A DNA stretch of 64,000 nucleotides from the human T2T-CHM13v2.0 reference genome, Homo sapiens. The stretch lies in NCBI RefSeq assembly GCF_009914755.1, contig NC_060947.1, one strand, 5' to 3'. Made by a program: the position numbers and the translations under genes. Below, piece after piece: positions 1-15,440 of the stretch (position 1 is its first letter; each line of letters opens with the position of its first letter). Under the pieces are notes generated by a model, which did not search any database, had not been told where the DNA came from, and saw nothing but the letters and a program-made list of their open reading frames with translations.

Positions 1-311
1 GAACTTCCAAAGTATTCTCCATAATGGCCGTACTAATTTACATTCCCACCAACAGTGTACAAAAGTTCTCTTTTCTCTACACCCTCACCAGAATTTGTTA
101 TTTCCTGTTTTTGGACATAAGCCATTTTAACTGGGGTGATATGATATCTCATTGTAGTTTTTATTTGCATTTATCTCATTATCAATGATGGTGAACACCT
201 TTTCACATACCTGTTTGCAATTTGTATGTCTTCTTTTGAGAAACAACTATTCTTACCTTTTGCCCATTTAAAAAATTGGATTATTAGATTTTTTTTTCCT
301 ATACAGTTGTT
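1..311 (-). mobile_element. L1 (L1MA/L1PB-type) ORF2 3' region, antisense; continues at 2673-4657
   Basis: Typical antisense L1 text (tactaatttacattcccaccaacagtgtac...ttttaactggggtga...ttgcatt); it resumes after the THE1 with ccttatatattctgg. Confidence 0.9.
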
Positions 312-2993
<2,682 letters not shown>

Positions 2994-3088
2994 TTATTCT
3001 GGTTATTAATCTCTTTTCAGATGGATAGTTTGCAAATACTTTCTCCCATTCTGTGAGTTGTCTCTTCACTTTTTTGATTATATCCTTT

Positions 3089-3102
3089 ATAGATAGATAG
3101 AT

Positions 3103-3159
<57 letters not shown>

Positions 3160-3172
3160 GATAGATAGATAG
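3089..3172 (+). repeat. (GATA)n tetranucleotide microsatellite
   Basis: About 20 imperfect GATA units seen directly. Confidence 0.97.
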
Positions 3173-3270
3173 AGATTTATCATGAGGGATTGGCTCACAT
3201 GATTATTGAGACTGAGACATCCTGTCATTTGCCATCTGCAAGCTGGAAGCCCAGGAATGCCAGTGGTGTA
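3171..3270 (-). mobile_element. MLT2 LTR fragment embedded in L1
   Basis: Reverse complement aligns without gaps to 6224-6323 (87/100 by manual count). Confidence 0.85.
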
Positions 3271-4661
3271 CTTGATGTAATCTCATTTGTCCATTTTTGC
3301 TTTGGCTGCCCGTACTTGTGAGGTATTGCTCAAAAAATTGTTGCCCAGACCAATGTTCTGGAGATTTTCCTCAATATTTTCTTGTAGTCGTTTCATAGCT
3401 TGAGTTTTTAGATCTAAGTATTTAATCCACTTTGATTTAATTTCTATATATGGTAAGAGAGGGGCCTTGTTTCATTATTCTGCATATAGATATCCAGTTT
3501 TCCCAGCACCATTTATTGAAGAGACAGTCTTTTCCCTAGTGTATGTTCTTGATACCTTTGTCAAAAATGTGTTCACTGTAGATGTATGGATTTATTTCTG
3601 GGTTTTCTATTCTGTTCCCCTTGTTTATGTGTCTGTTTTTGTGCCAGCAGCATGCTGTTTTGGTTACTACAGCTCTGTAGTATAATTTGAAGTAGATAAT
3701 GTAATTTTTCCAGTTGTGACCTTTTGCTTAGGATAGCTTTGTCTATTCTGAGTCTTCTTTGTTTTCATACCAACATTAAAATTGTTTTTTCTATTTCTGT
3801 GAAGAATGTCATTGATATTTTGATAGAGGTTTCATTGAATCTGTAGATTGCTTTGGGTAGTATGCACATTTTAACAATATTGATTCTTCTAATCTATGAA
3901 TATGGAGTATCTTTCCATTTTTTGTGTTCTCTCCAATTTCTTACATGAACGTTTTATAGTTTTCATTGTAGAGATCTTTCACTACTTTGGTTAATTCCTA
4001 GATATTTAATTTTATGTGTGGCTATTGTAAATGAAATTGCTTCTTTATTTCTTTTTCAGATTGTTCACTGCTGGCATATAGAAATCCTACTTACTTTTGT
4101 ATATCAATTTTGTATTCTGAAACTTTAAATTATTTATCAGTTCTAATAGTATTTTTGTGGATTCTTTAGGTTTTTCCAAACATAAGATCATATTATCTGC
4201 TAACAATAATAATTTGACTTTTTCTTTTCCACTTTGGATGCCTTTTATTTCTTTCTCTTGTCTGATTGCTCTAGCTAGAATTTCTAGTACTGTGTGGAAT
4301 AACAGTGGTGAAGGTGGGCGTCCTTGTCTTGCTCCAGATCATAGAGGAAAAGCTTTCAGTTTTTCCCTATCCAGGATGATACTATCTGTGAGTTTGTCAT
4401 ATATGGCTTTAGTTATGTTGAGGTATGTTCCTACTATTCCCATTTTTCTGAGGGTTATTATCAGGAAGAGATGTTGAAATTTGTCAAATGCTTCTTCAGC
4501 ATCAATTGAAATGATCATATGGTTTTTGTCCTTCATTCTGTTGATATGATGTATCATATTGATTGATTTGCATATGTTGAACTATCTTTGCATCCCTGGG
4601 ATAAATCCCATTTGGTCCTGATTAATGATCTTTTTAATGTGTTATTGAATTCAGTTCCACT

Positions 4662-5140
4662 GGCCTAGATATGTTAGTTCCAAAAGGAAGGATGCTTCTA
4701 CCAGGAGACACAATGATTCCATTTAATTGGCAAATAAGATTACCACCTTTCTACTTTGGGGTCCTCATGCCTCTGAGTCAACAGGCCAAGAAGGGAGTTA
4801 TGGTGTTGGCTGCAGTGATTGAGTCACAATGTCAAGGGGGAAATTGGACTATGCTCCACAATGGAAGCAAAGAAGAATATGTCTGGAGTAACAGTGATCC
4901 CTTAGGGTGTCTCTTAGTATTATCATACCCTGCGATTAAGGTTAATGGGGAAAAAATCCAGGTAGGACTATGAATGTCCCAGATCCTTCAAGAATGAAGG
5001 TTTGGGTCATCCTGACAGGTAAAGAACCATGACCAGTTGAGGTTGTTGCTGAAGACAAAAGGAATCCAACATGGGTAATAGAAAAAGGGGGTAATAAATA
5101 CCAGCTACTATCATAAGACCAGTTATGGAAACAGGGGCTA
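4662..5140 (+). pseudogene. Decayed ERV-L dUTPase and C-terminal extension
   Basis: LVPKGRMLLPGDTMIPFNWQIRLPPFYFGVLMPLSQQAKKGVMVLAAVI...LHNGSKEEYVW...IKVNG matches recalled HERV-L dUTPase; the GVIDPDY motif is degraded and the frame breaks downstream. Confidence 0.85.
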
Positions 5141-5490
5141 TACTTGTCATGAGTATTTCTTTCTTATTTTACATAAATACATTTGTGTGAATAAATGTAA
5201 ACTTAGTGTGAAAAAAAGAGAATAGGGAAATATTAAGCAAATGTCTTTGTTTTGTTTCCTCTTGTATTCCCTTATCATGTAACATAAGATGTATTGAGTT
5301 TGTATTAGTTTTTAAGTAATGTTAATGTTACTTCATAGTATTTAAGTTAGAGGATATCAGAAGAAGAATAAACGTCACTCAAGGACTTCATCTCCTCTTA
5401 TGGGAAAGGGATAAGTGTGTATTAGTTGCACAGAGAACAGTTGTATCATGTTAGCTGATTATGACTTTGTTATTGTCTTTATTTGGAGAT

Positions 5491-5797
<307 letters not shown>

Positions 5798-5863
5798 TTT
5801 ATTTGGAGATTAAGTGTGGCTTAAGGAGATGCATACAGGTGTGAAGTTGACAAGGAGAGGAAT

Positions 5864-6769
<906 letters not shown>

Positions 6770-6784
6770 TTAATCGGCAAACAG

Positions 6785-7012
6785 TAACCATAGCACTGTT
6801 CTAGATCCTTTACAAAGATTAGGTTATTTAATCATCATCACAATCATTTGCAGTAGATACCATTGCTATTATCATATTATAGGAGAAAAAACTAGGGCAC
6901 AGAAAGGTTAAATAACTTGCCCCAGGTCACACAGTTTGTAAACAGCAGAGCTGGGATTAGAACCCAGGTAATCTAGCTCCAGAATTTGTACTTGCAACCA
7001 GGATGCTATGCT
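6785..7012 (-). mobile_element. MIR
   Basis: Core gcacagaaaggttaaataacttgccccaggtcacacag...gagctgggattagaacccagg. Confidence 0.85.
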
Positions 7013-8419
7013 GAGAAACAGAGGCTGTTTTCAATATCCCTGATTTGCAATTGCTAATAGGCTTGAACTCCACATTCAGTGCTCTTTCCCTTACATGGCA
7101 CTGCCTCTCATATAACTGTATGCTCACTGAAGATCCACTATAGAAAGTTACATCTGGAAGAACCTAAAAATCCTCAAGGCTTCGCTCAGACCAGAGATCA
7201 GTGCTTCTCCAAAGGAGTGTTTGATGTTCCTGTGAAGTTTCACAGGAGACTTGCTTCTGAGGTCCGTGGCATTGATCTTATTCACAGCCTTGTTCTCATT
7301 TATCATGATTCTTTAATCAATAGATACTTCAGCAACTGGAACTTTGGGCTCATATTCATGGAGATGACATTTGGCTGAGGCCAGTCTCCTTTCAGACGAC
7401 CAATACAACTCCCCTACCAGGGAGCAGATCCAAGATTCCTGCAGTTTCTGAGGCATGAGCCTTTTTCTCCACAGAAGGTGAGGCCAATGGTTCAAAGTTG
7501 TCACTTGGCTTTCGTATAATAAATGTCTGTCTTGGGAGATTAACGGACTTCATTTCCTTTTCCTTCATTTTATGTGGCCTACTTGGCTTGCAGGTAATTT
7601 TAACAGCAAGAAAAGGAGATGGAAACACCTTGTTGAAAGCAATACAGTGCTCTGTCGGTTCTCTGTAAGATATTTTCCAGAGGCTTTCTCCCCCTCCACT
7701 TCCCCTTCCGTGAGCAGGACTATAAAAGGCAGAGAGTGCCTTCTGTCAGAATCTGCAGCCTGGAAGATAATTCTCTGGGGAGACACACCAACTAACCAGT
7801 TCAGAGCACTTTCCTACCCCTGAAGCTTTAGAATATATTTCACAGCCTTCTCTGAATTCTCATATCTAAATACATGCAGGTAATAAAACTACTATAAAAC
7901 AACAATGACATAGTTAAACAAAAATGCCTGATGGTTTTATTCTTTTTTTATCCTTCATCTCTGGGAAGGAGAAACATCGTATAGGCACTTTAATGAGAAA
8001 GCCCCACCTTGAAAGTAGATGAGGCAACGTTTCCTGAAGCTTACATCTTGGTCCCACCTTTCAGAACAAATGATTTTAATTCACAATGTCTTCATCACTA
8101 AGGTCATCTTTGTAAGATCCCTCTGACAAGAAGCAAGTCTGCAACATGAAAAATAACTCCTGTGTCATGGTTTTTCCCAGCCTAAAAGAAATTCACACAT
8201 GATTAGAAATTATTCTTTGTGGTAAATGGCAGGAAAAATACCTGGAAAGGTGGAAATGATCACAAATAAAACAGCTGAAAGAAGATGGTTAATTGCTGAT
8301 TAAATTTTGACATTAGCTCTATAGATAAATAGCCCCATCAAGTGCTTTTTAGGAAGTGTCAGTACTGGCTTCTTTATGGTATTTAATCAGAGAAATAAAA
8401 GATGGAAGAAAATCCATTT

Positions 8420-8612
8420 TTATTAAGTTTCTACAGAGCTGAGGGCACAATGCTAAGTGCTTTCCTTCATGCTACCTTATTTAAGCCGCAGAATGCACCT
8501 GTGAGAGTGGTATTACCATTAACGTCAACAGATGAGGAAACCAAGGCTCAGAGAGGTAAGTGGTTTGCCAAAGGTCACGTGACTAGGAAGTGGCAGAGCT
8601 GGGGTTCAAATA
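8420..8612 (-). mobile_element. MIR
   Basis: cagatgaggaaaccaaggctcagagaggtaagtggtttgccaaaggtcac...ggcagagctggggttcaaa. Confidence 0.85.
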
Positions 8613-10053
8613 TCATGTTGCTTTACTTTTTTCTGAGGCAACTATAGAGAAACACCATAGCAAATACAACTAATAATTTTGACCTACAAGAAATCTGGGG
8701 TTTCCCAGAGTCTGATATCCTTCAGCACATACTGTCTCTCCATCTAACACTCTCATTTAATGAGCAGGAAAACCCTTCCTAGGGCCCCCTGTACTTTGAC
8801 TCAGTGACTATTCTTTGTAGGTATCCTTTGAGTTTTAGCTATTTGGTTAGTTTCATGATTCATTCTTCTGGTATTTTCCAGAGGCCACAGAATAGTTGAC
8901 CACCTCCATTACTCAGGAATATTTTGGTTTCAACTGAAAGTAACCAAATTCATTCTAGCCTAAGCATTCCCCCGCAAAAAAAAAAAAAAAAAATTCCAAA
9001 AAGTGTTTTAAAGTAATATTTTAAAATAAAAAGTCCAAGGAAAGTTTGAAAATTCAAGCCCCGGGAAGGGCAAGAATCCTCAAAAACAATAGGAACCAGG
9101 AATTCAAATACCATCAGCTAGCTCACCCATAAGCATATGCACATTTCACTTGTAAATTCTGTGTGTGTGTTTATGTGTGTGTGTGCATGCAAACACACAT
9201 GCACTAAAACCTTACAAGGTGTAGCTACAGGCCTGATTCTTTTGAGGTTAAGTTCAAAACTCTTACAGAAGGGAGTACATCCAGCTTTGGGATAGTGCCT
9301 ACACTACTGAACCAAACAATAGTGGCCAAAGGGCAAGGTCAGAACATGGCCACATCAAAGATAATCATGTAAAAGGAGAGAGGCTTAGGAAAAAGTCATG
9401 ATACAGGCAATCCTATTGAAGCCTGTTTATCAGTTTATAGATGAGCTACCCTTAAAAGTGCCCACCCTAGTCCAATTAGTTACAGTTGAGAATAGTCATG
9501 TTGTACTAAACACATCCCACTAAGGGCTACCCCTTGAGCTGGGGCTGAGCATGGGACAGGCACTCTACTACACATATTCAAAACCTATTCAGAATCTGGG
9601 AGCCACTGAAGCACTTAGATATAGCACTCAACCCCCTGACAGCCACAAGTAAGGGCTAAGACCCAGAAAAGCTGTGTGATACAAAAGTGATAGTACACTC
9701 TTCACCTTGAGCCTCTTTTTTCAAGCAACGTTACTCAGGCCCTGGCCAGCTGACAGTTCTGCCACAACCAACTCAAGGATCACTAAGGAAATACTCTCAC
9801 AGAAAGAATTTGCCACAAAAAGACTATTATGAGCCCTACTCATCAGTCATTTAATTTCCATTCATTTTTCATATCCACAGAGATCATCTCTTGCCCACTT
9901 AAATTTGGCCTCCATTTCTTCTCCCATCACGAACAGGAGTGGAATTGGTATCTATGTTTGTTTTACCTGCGGTGAAGCTCAGAGATCAACTTAGCGCTCA
10001 TTAACATCTCATCTCAGTTTCCTAGAGGAATTTTCTGTTCCATCTCTCATTAT

Positions 10054-10405
10054 CAGAGACTGTAAACCAGTGGCCCATTGGTGACTCTGGTCTGCAGACC
10101 TGCACTGAAAGACACACACAGTATTTTTAAAAATATGAATTACCTGCCAACATTTAGAATTTAGGAAATTTACACAAATGTTAAGTTTCCAGCTTCTCAT
10201 GAAAACATGAATGAAATGGCCCCACTTGACCTCCCTCCACACAGGAGTTCCTCCTGGAAACAATCAGCTAGAGCTCAGTATGGTTACTCACTTCCTTGGG
10301 GCATGTGCTCTTCGCATCACCCTCTGTTGTATTAAATCCACTTCCCTCAGTACCCTTACTTGCTACCTGCCTGGCCCCTGTAGGTGTTTGAGTTTGAAAG
10401 CCCTG
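10054..10405 (+). mobile_element. MER102-like hAT-Charlie DNA transposon
   Basis: cagagactgtaaaccagtggcc...tgccaacattt...aacaatcagctagagct...gagtttgaaagccctg resembles recalled MER102; degenerate CAG...CTG termini. Confidence 0.7.
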
Positions 10406-10529
10406 CCTTCAATGATTTTTGAATTCCAATATTGGTAACAAGGCTGGTGTATCTTTCCATCTCAAATCATTCTTTTTGGAACGATTACTTATACTTTATA
10501 AAATATTATTTTTAAAAATAGATCAATAC

Positions 10530-11300
10530 AGAACTTTTAATGGCTTTATAATACCTTCAGGATAAAGTTCAAACCCTTAGCAAAACATTCCAGAAAACCT
10601 TCATAATCTAACTCTAAACTGTGTTTACAAACCACAGCCCATAATACCCCATCATGTGTGCTCTGCAACAGCCACATTCTGATGATTTCAGCCACTCTTC
10701 ATTTCTTAGGCCCACCATTGTGATTTCCTGTCTCTGTCACAACTCATTCTCCCTCTGCCTAGAATACTCTTTGCCTGGTTGCCTGGCCAGCTAACTTTTA
10801 ATACCATTGTATAGCCCAGACGCAATACCATCTCCTCTCCATCGCCCTTCAAATCATGTGCCTGTCCACGGTCACCCGCTAACCCATACAGTGCCTTAGT
10901 GAGAATTTTTAAAATACATCCCTTCCTTCAGACATGTTCCTTTATCTGCCAGAAAACTGCCCTAATGTAGATATTTTGGGTACCTACACTGTGGGTGGTT
11001 TCTACTTAAATTTGTCACCTTTGCACAGTGCATGATCTGCATGGCTGTACATAGCCATCCTGCTCTTGTCAGGGGCAATTTAGCAACTCTTCTGTGTTCC
11101 TACAGTAATGTTCCACACTTCTGGCATAGAATGAAAAACATCATAGTATAATGAATTTCCCATGTCTGTCATCCCTACAGACATGCATGCCATGAGTTCC
11201 TAGGGGGCAGGAACCACATTCTGATGATTTCAGTTTTCTCAGGACACATGGAGGGCAGTCCATAATGGGCATTGAATCAGTTTGTCAACTATTGAATTGC
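10530..11300 (+). mobile_element. L2 3' region fragments, interrupted at about 10885-11065
   Basis: caggataaagttcaaaccctt...ccctctgcctagaatactct...gagttcctagggggcaggaacca. Confidence 0.6.
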
Positions 11301-12394
11301 ATACACCCAGCAGCTGGATAGACTGAATGGAAAGCAGCAAGATCAGTGTGTCCAAAGACATAACTAGAAAGGAGTGGAGGGTACAGTTCACAAAGGGGCC
11401 CAGAGACCCCCTTAGAAGCAACTAGCTTTGAATTGTGGGGAAAAAAATTAGAGATCTATAATCCTATTAAAAGAAAAACCAAGAAGACTGAACTAAAATG
11501 TGTTGTGTTATTCCATTCTCAAAATGGATTTTTCTTTATATTTTTCTAACTCCTAACACAATAAAATAGCTTCATTCTGACAGTCATCTTACTTAAATGG
11601 AAACATGATTTAACAAAATGATACTTTATGAGCTGTAAACCAAGCAAATATTTGACATAAAATGGAAGAGAGAGACAGAAAGGAGAAGAAGGGTAGGAGT
11701 GGCAAAAGAAAAAGAAAGAAGCCTGCTTCTAGGCGTGCACACGGGCCTGTTTTACAGTCATCACACCTCCAGGTAGGGCTCCTGGCTGGTCCAAGGGATA
11801 AGTGAGGAGAAAGAGGTCAAGCAGGTTTAAAGCAAAACACAGGATAAGCCACAGAGGTCAGTGCTATCAAGGTAGTAATCTTTGCTCAACAAAGACAACA
11901 GCAGGACCAGGGAGACCTCCGTGAGCAGAGACTACTGCTGACCACAGAGAACTTGAGATGGTGGGGCCTTTCTCTCTCAGCAGCCCAAGTATGTGGGCTG
12001 GACTTAGAGGGATCTAGGCCAATCCAGGTAGTATCTTGTCCCTCAAATATCAGGAATTATCCCAAATCAGCCTCATCTGAAGCCAGGGCCGCATCTTCCA
12101 GCTTGACTGGACTCACAGGGTCTTGCTGGGTCTAGCTCTAGAGTAACAATCCAGGCTAAAACTTGCTATTTGAAGAGCTTCCCTTCCTCCTGTGCTGAAA
12201 CTGAGGCTCAATCTACTTATGCTGCAGCCTGTGGTCTACCGTTATTTCTCTTTCCCCTTTGCCCATGCCTAATTGGTAAAGGAGTCAGGAGTTGTTTTCC
12301 TTCACTACTGTGGCAAGTACCTTTAAACTTCCTCTCATCTGTCTTTGGCTGAAAGAGCAGTCTACTACCTTCTTGTGGACTGGAGAGACCATGA

Positions 12395-12787
12395 TGATAT
12401 GGTTAGGCTTTGTGTCCCCACCCAAATCTCATTTTGAATTGTAACCCTTCCCCCACAATCCCAATAATCCCCACGTGTCAAGGGAGAGACCAGGTGGAGG
12501 TAATTAAATCATGGGGTCAGTTACCCTCATGCTGTTCTGGTGATAGAGAGTGAGTTCTCATGAGAGTCGATGGTTTTATAAGGGGCTCTTCCCCCCACCT
12601 TTGCTCTGCACTTCTCCTTGCTGCCACTATGTGAAGAAGGATGTGTTTGCTTCCCCTTCTGCCATGATTGTAAGTTTCCTTAGGCCTCCCCAGCCATGCA
12701 GTACTGTGAGTCAATTAAATCTCTTTCCTTTATGAATCACCCAGTCTCAGACAGTTCTTTATGGCAGCGTGAGAACAGACTAATACA
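12395..12787 (+). mobile_element. THE1D-like solo LTR
   Basis: tgatatggttaggctttgtgtcccc...gagaacagactaataca; TSD catga/catgg. Confidence 0.92.
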
Positions 12788-12837
12788 CATGGGTTCCTTA
12801 GAGCAGGGTCTATTCCTAAAAATCAACCTTCCTTTAA

Positions 12838-13195
<358 letters not shown>

Positions 13196-13339
13196 AGACA
13201 GATATTATTATTACTCCCATTTCGATTTCACAGGTGTGGTCTAGAGTAGTTTGTTAACATACTCAAAGTTACATCATTAAATAAGTTGTGGATCCAGAAT
13301 TTGAAACCAAGACTAAGCAAAAACTGAAGATCAATTGTA

Positions 13340-13460
13340 GTCCCTGTGGGATCTACTTAAAATGCAGATGCTGATTCAATGGGTCTGAGGTGGGCCAAAG
13401 ATTTGGATTTCTGAAAAGCTCTCAGGAGATGCTGATTCTGCAATCCTCAGACCACAGTCA
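13340..13460. mobile_element. MER5A fragment (a short MIR piece lies at about 13200-13315)
   Basis: ttaaaatgcagatgctgattcaatgggtctgaggtgggcc...tttctgaaaagctctcaggagatgctgat. Confidence 0.65.
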
Positions 13461-15317
13461 AGGCTCTGGAGTTTTCTGTATCCCAGAGGAAAAACACAAT
13501 AATTATAGTTCTACTGTCTTAGAATCATAAAGACTTTTAGCCTATAGATCTTCTGTGATCCACCAGTCAGTGATGTCATGTATCAAAAGCTATGATGGGC
13601 AAGAAATGGGCATGATTCCCCCAACTTTCCTAGGAAATAACACAGAGAAGAAGCTAACAGGAAAGGAACCACCTCCAACACCGCCCCCCCACCCCCAATT
13701 TATGGCCATTCAATGTTTCTTTCATCTCCCTCAAGCAAATCTCTTACCTCTGCTCTAAGTCACAGTGAAACCAGGACTAAGAATGAAGTTCTAAGTAATC
13801 CTCTCTTTGAGCTGCAAAGCAAGCACTTGGATAGCTTACTCCTTTCACTCACAGCTGCTTAGATGGCCGCAGAGTACACACCAGAGGAATGTTAGGCTCT
13901 ATATCGTAAAGAGCTCGGACCGACACAAAATTCCACTGAGACAAATCATCTTGCTAGCAAGACCCATTTATACAAGTCTGGAAATCAGTGAATAACCAGA
14001 CAATTGCTATAAATGTGCCTTTCTTGAATGCGGTCTTAGAAAATGTCAGATGAACAAAGTAAGTACTTTCACGGTAGCAGAAGGTCAGGTGAATGTTCAG
14101 CTTCACAAGAGTATTCACCATGACCTTCAATGTTTTCTTAGCTAGTTTACGTACAGGTGAGCCCCAAATCCTTCTTTAAAAAGTATGTCTCTTAACTTCT
14201 AGAGGTCACACTTCCAAACTGGAAGTTAACAATAGAGCCCAGTCATCTTTTTGTGGGTCTTTTTCTTTAGAAAACATAAAATAACCTTTCAAATGTTTCA
14301 GAGACATATGGACAATGAAACACTCCCATTTCTTACCCAGCCATTATGCAAGGAGCAAACCATAGATAAAGGCACTTCAATGTGAAATCTCAATAAACCC
14401 ATTGCTGCCAGCAGAGGCAAGTATGCAAGGGTTTCAGCAGACTTTGATAATTAAGGGTATTTTATTTCCTCTAAACAATGTTTTTGTAATATCTCTAAAG
14501 GAAGGATTCTACAACTTGCCTGAATCTTCCAACGAGTCTCTGAGTTGACAACTAATAATTAACAAACAACGAATAGTGTCTTGCTGTCCATCACAGTGAC
14601 TGGTACTGTCATCTCTGAGAAGAGGAAGATGTGCTAATGTGGCATGCTTCATAATACCCAACTTTTAGCTCAGCACCTGATGTGCTGGGCAGTCCATTCT
14701 CAGGAAAATTTGGCAAGTGGGGGTTGGAGGGACAAGTGACAATTCTCTGGAGCCATTCCAGAGAAGCCACTTGCCAAGAGAACAGAAATTCATGGCCCAG
14801 AAGCTCCTTTAATTCAGTTATTTCATCATCTTTCTTTGCAGTGCTACTCTCACTAACTTGGATCAATTCTACTCATACTTACTGAGCACCTGCATGTGCA
14901 AAGCCAGGAGAACTCTGGAGACTAACAGGCCAAGTGCTTCAAGGGATCTTGGCTGCTGAGCTGGGCTGTGATCAGTGGACACAGAAAACTAGTCCTGTTA
15001 AGTGTCACTAAGCTGTATGGCCCTAGTCCTGGCAGGATCATTTTCTATTCTCCCCTCTTAAGACATTACCCACCTCATTTCAAGATCTATGAGCTCACAT
15101 ATACATACACATGTGGGCAGACCTATTGCAGTCTTTCCAGGTAACTAATATCCAGAGTTATCTACCTACCTGGCATGGAACCTGGCTTTTTTTAGGATGA
15201 GAGGAGAGGGAGCTGGGGAAATTTGCTCAAGTCACTTAGGGGAATCTGTCCAACCATGGGTATAACACAATCATGGATAACAGCAGAGTTAAGACACAAA
15301 TGACTGCTATCTGGGGG

Positions 15318-15440
15318 CCAGGAGCCTTGGGTTCTAGCCTCACCCTGCTATGGATTGTGTGACCTTGAGAAAGCCCCTCCTGTCTTCGAGGAAGCTGAAG
15401 TGCCTATCTGCTAAGAGAGGTAATTAGACTGGATGATGTA
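15318..15440 (+). mobile_element. MIR/MIR3 fragment
   Basis: gggttctagcctcaccctgcta...tgtgtgaccttgagaaag...tagactggatgat. Confidence 0.55.

Larger units (their letters stand above)
2994..4657 (-). mobile_element. L1 ORF2 remnant (continuation), 5'-truncated at about 4657
   Basis: Antisense L1 ORF2; ORF 4339-4557 gives [25 protein letters not shown], the L1 RT motif. Confidence 0.92.

Noticed and set aside
9967-10021. Possible minus-strand exon with a CAG|gtaaaa donor
   Set aside because: Weak acceptor and stops in all three frames.
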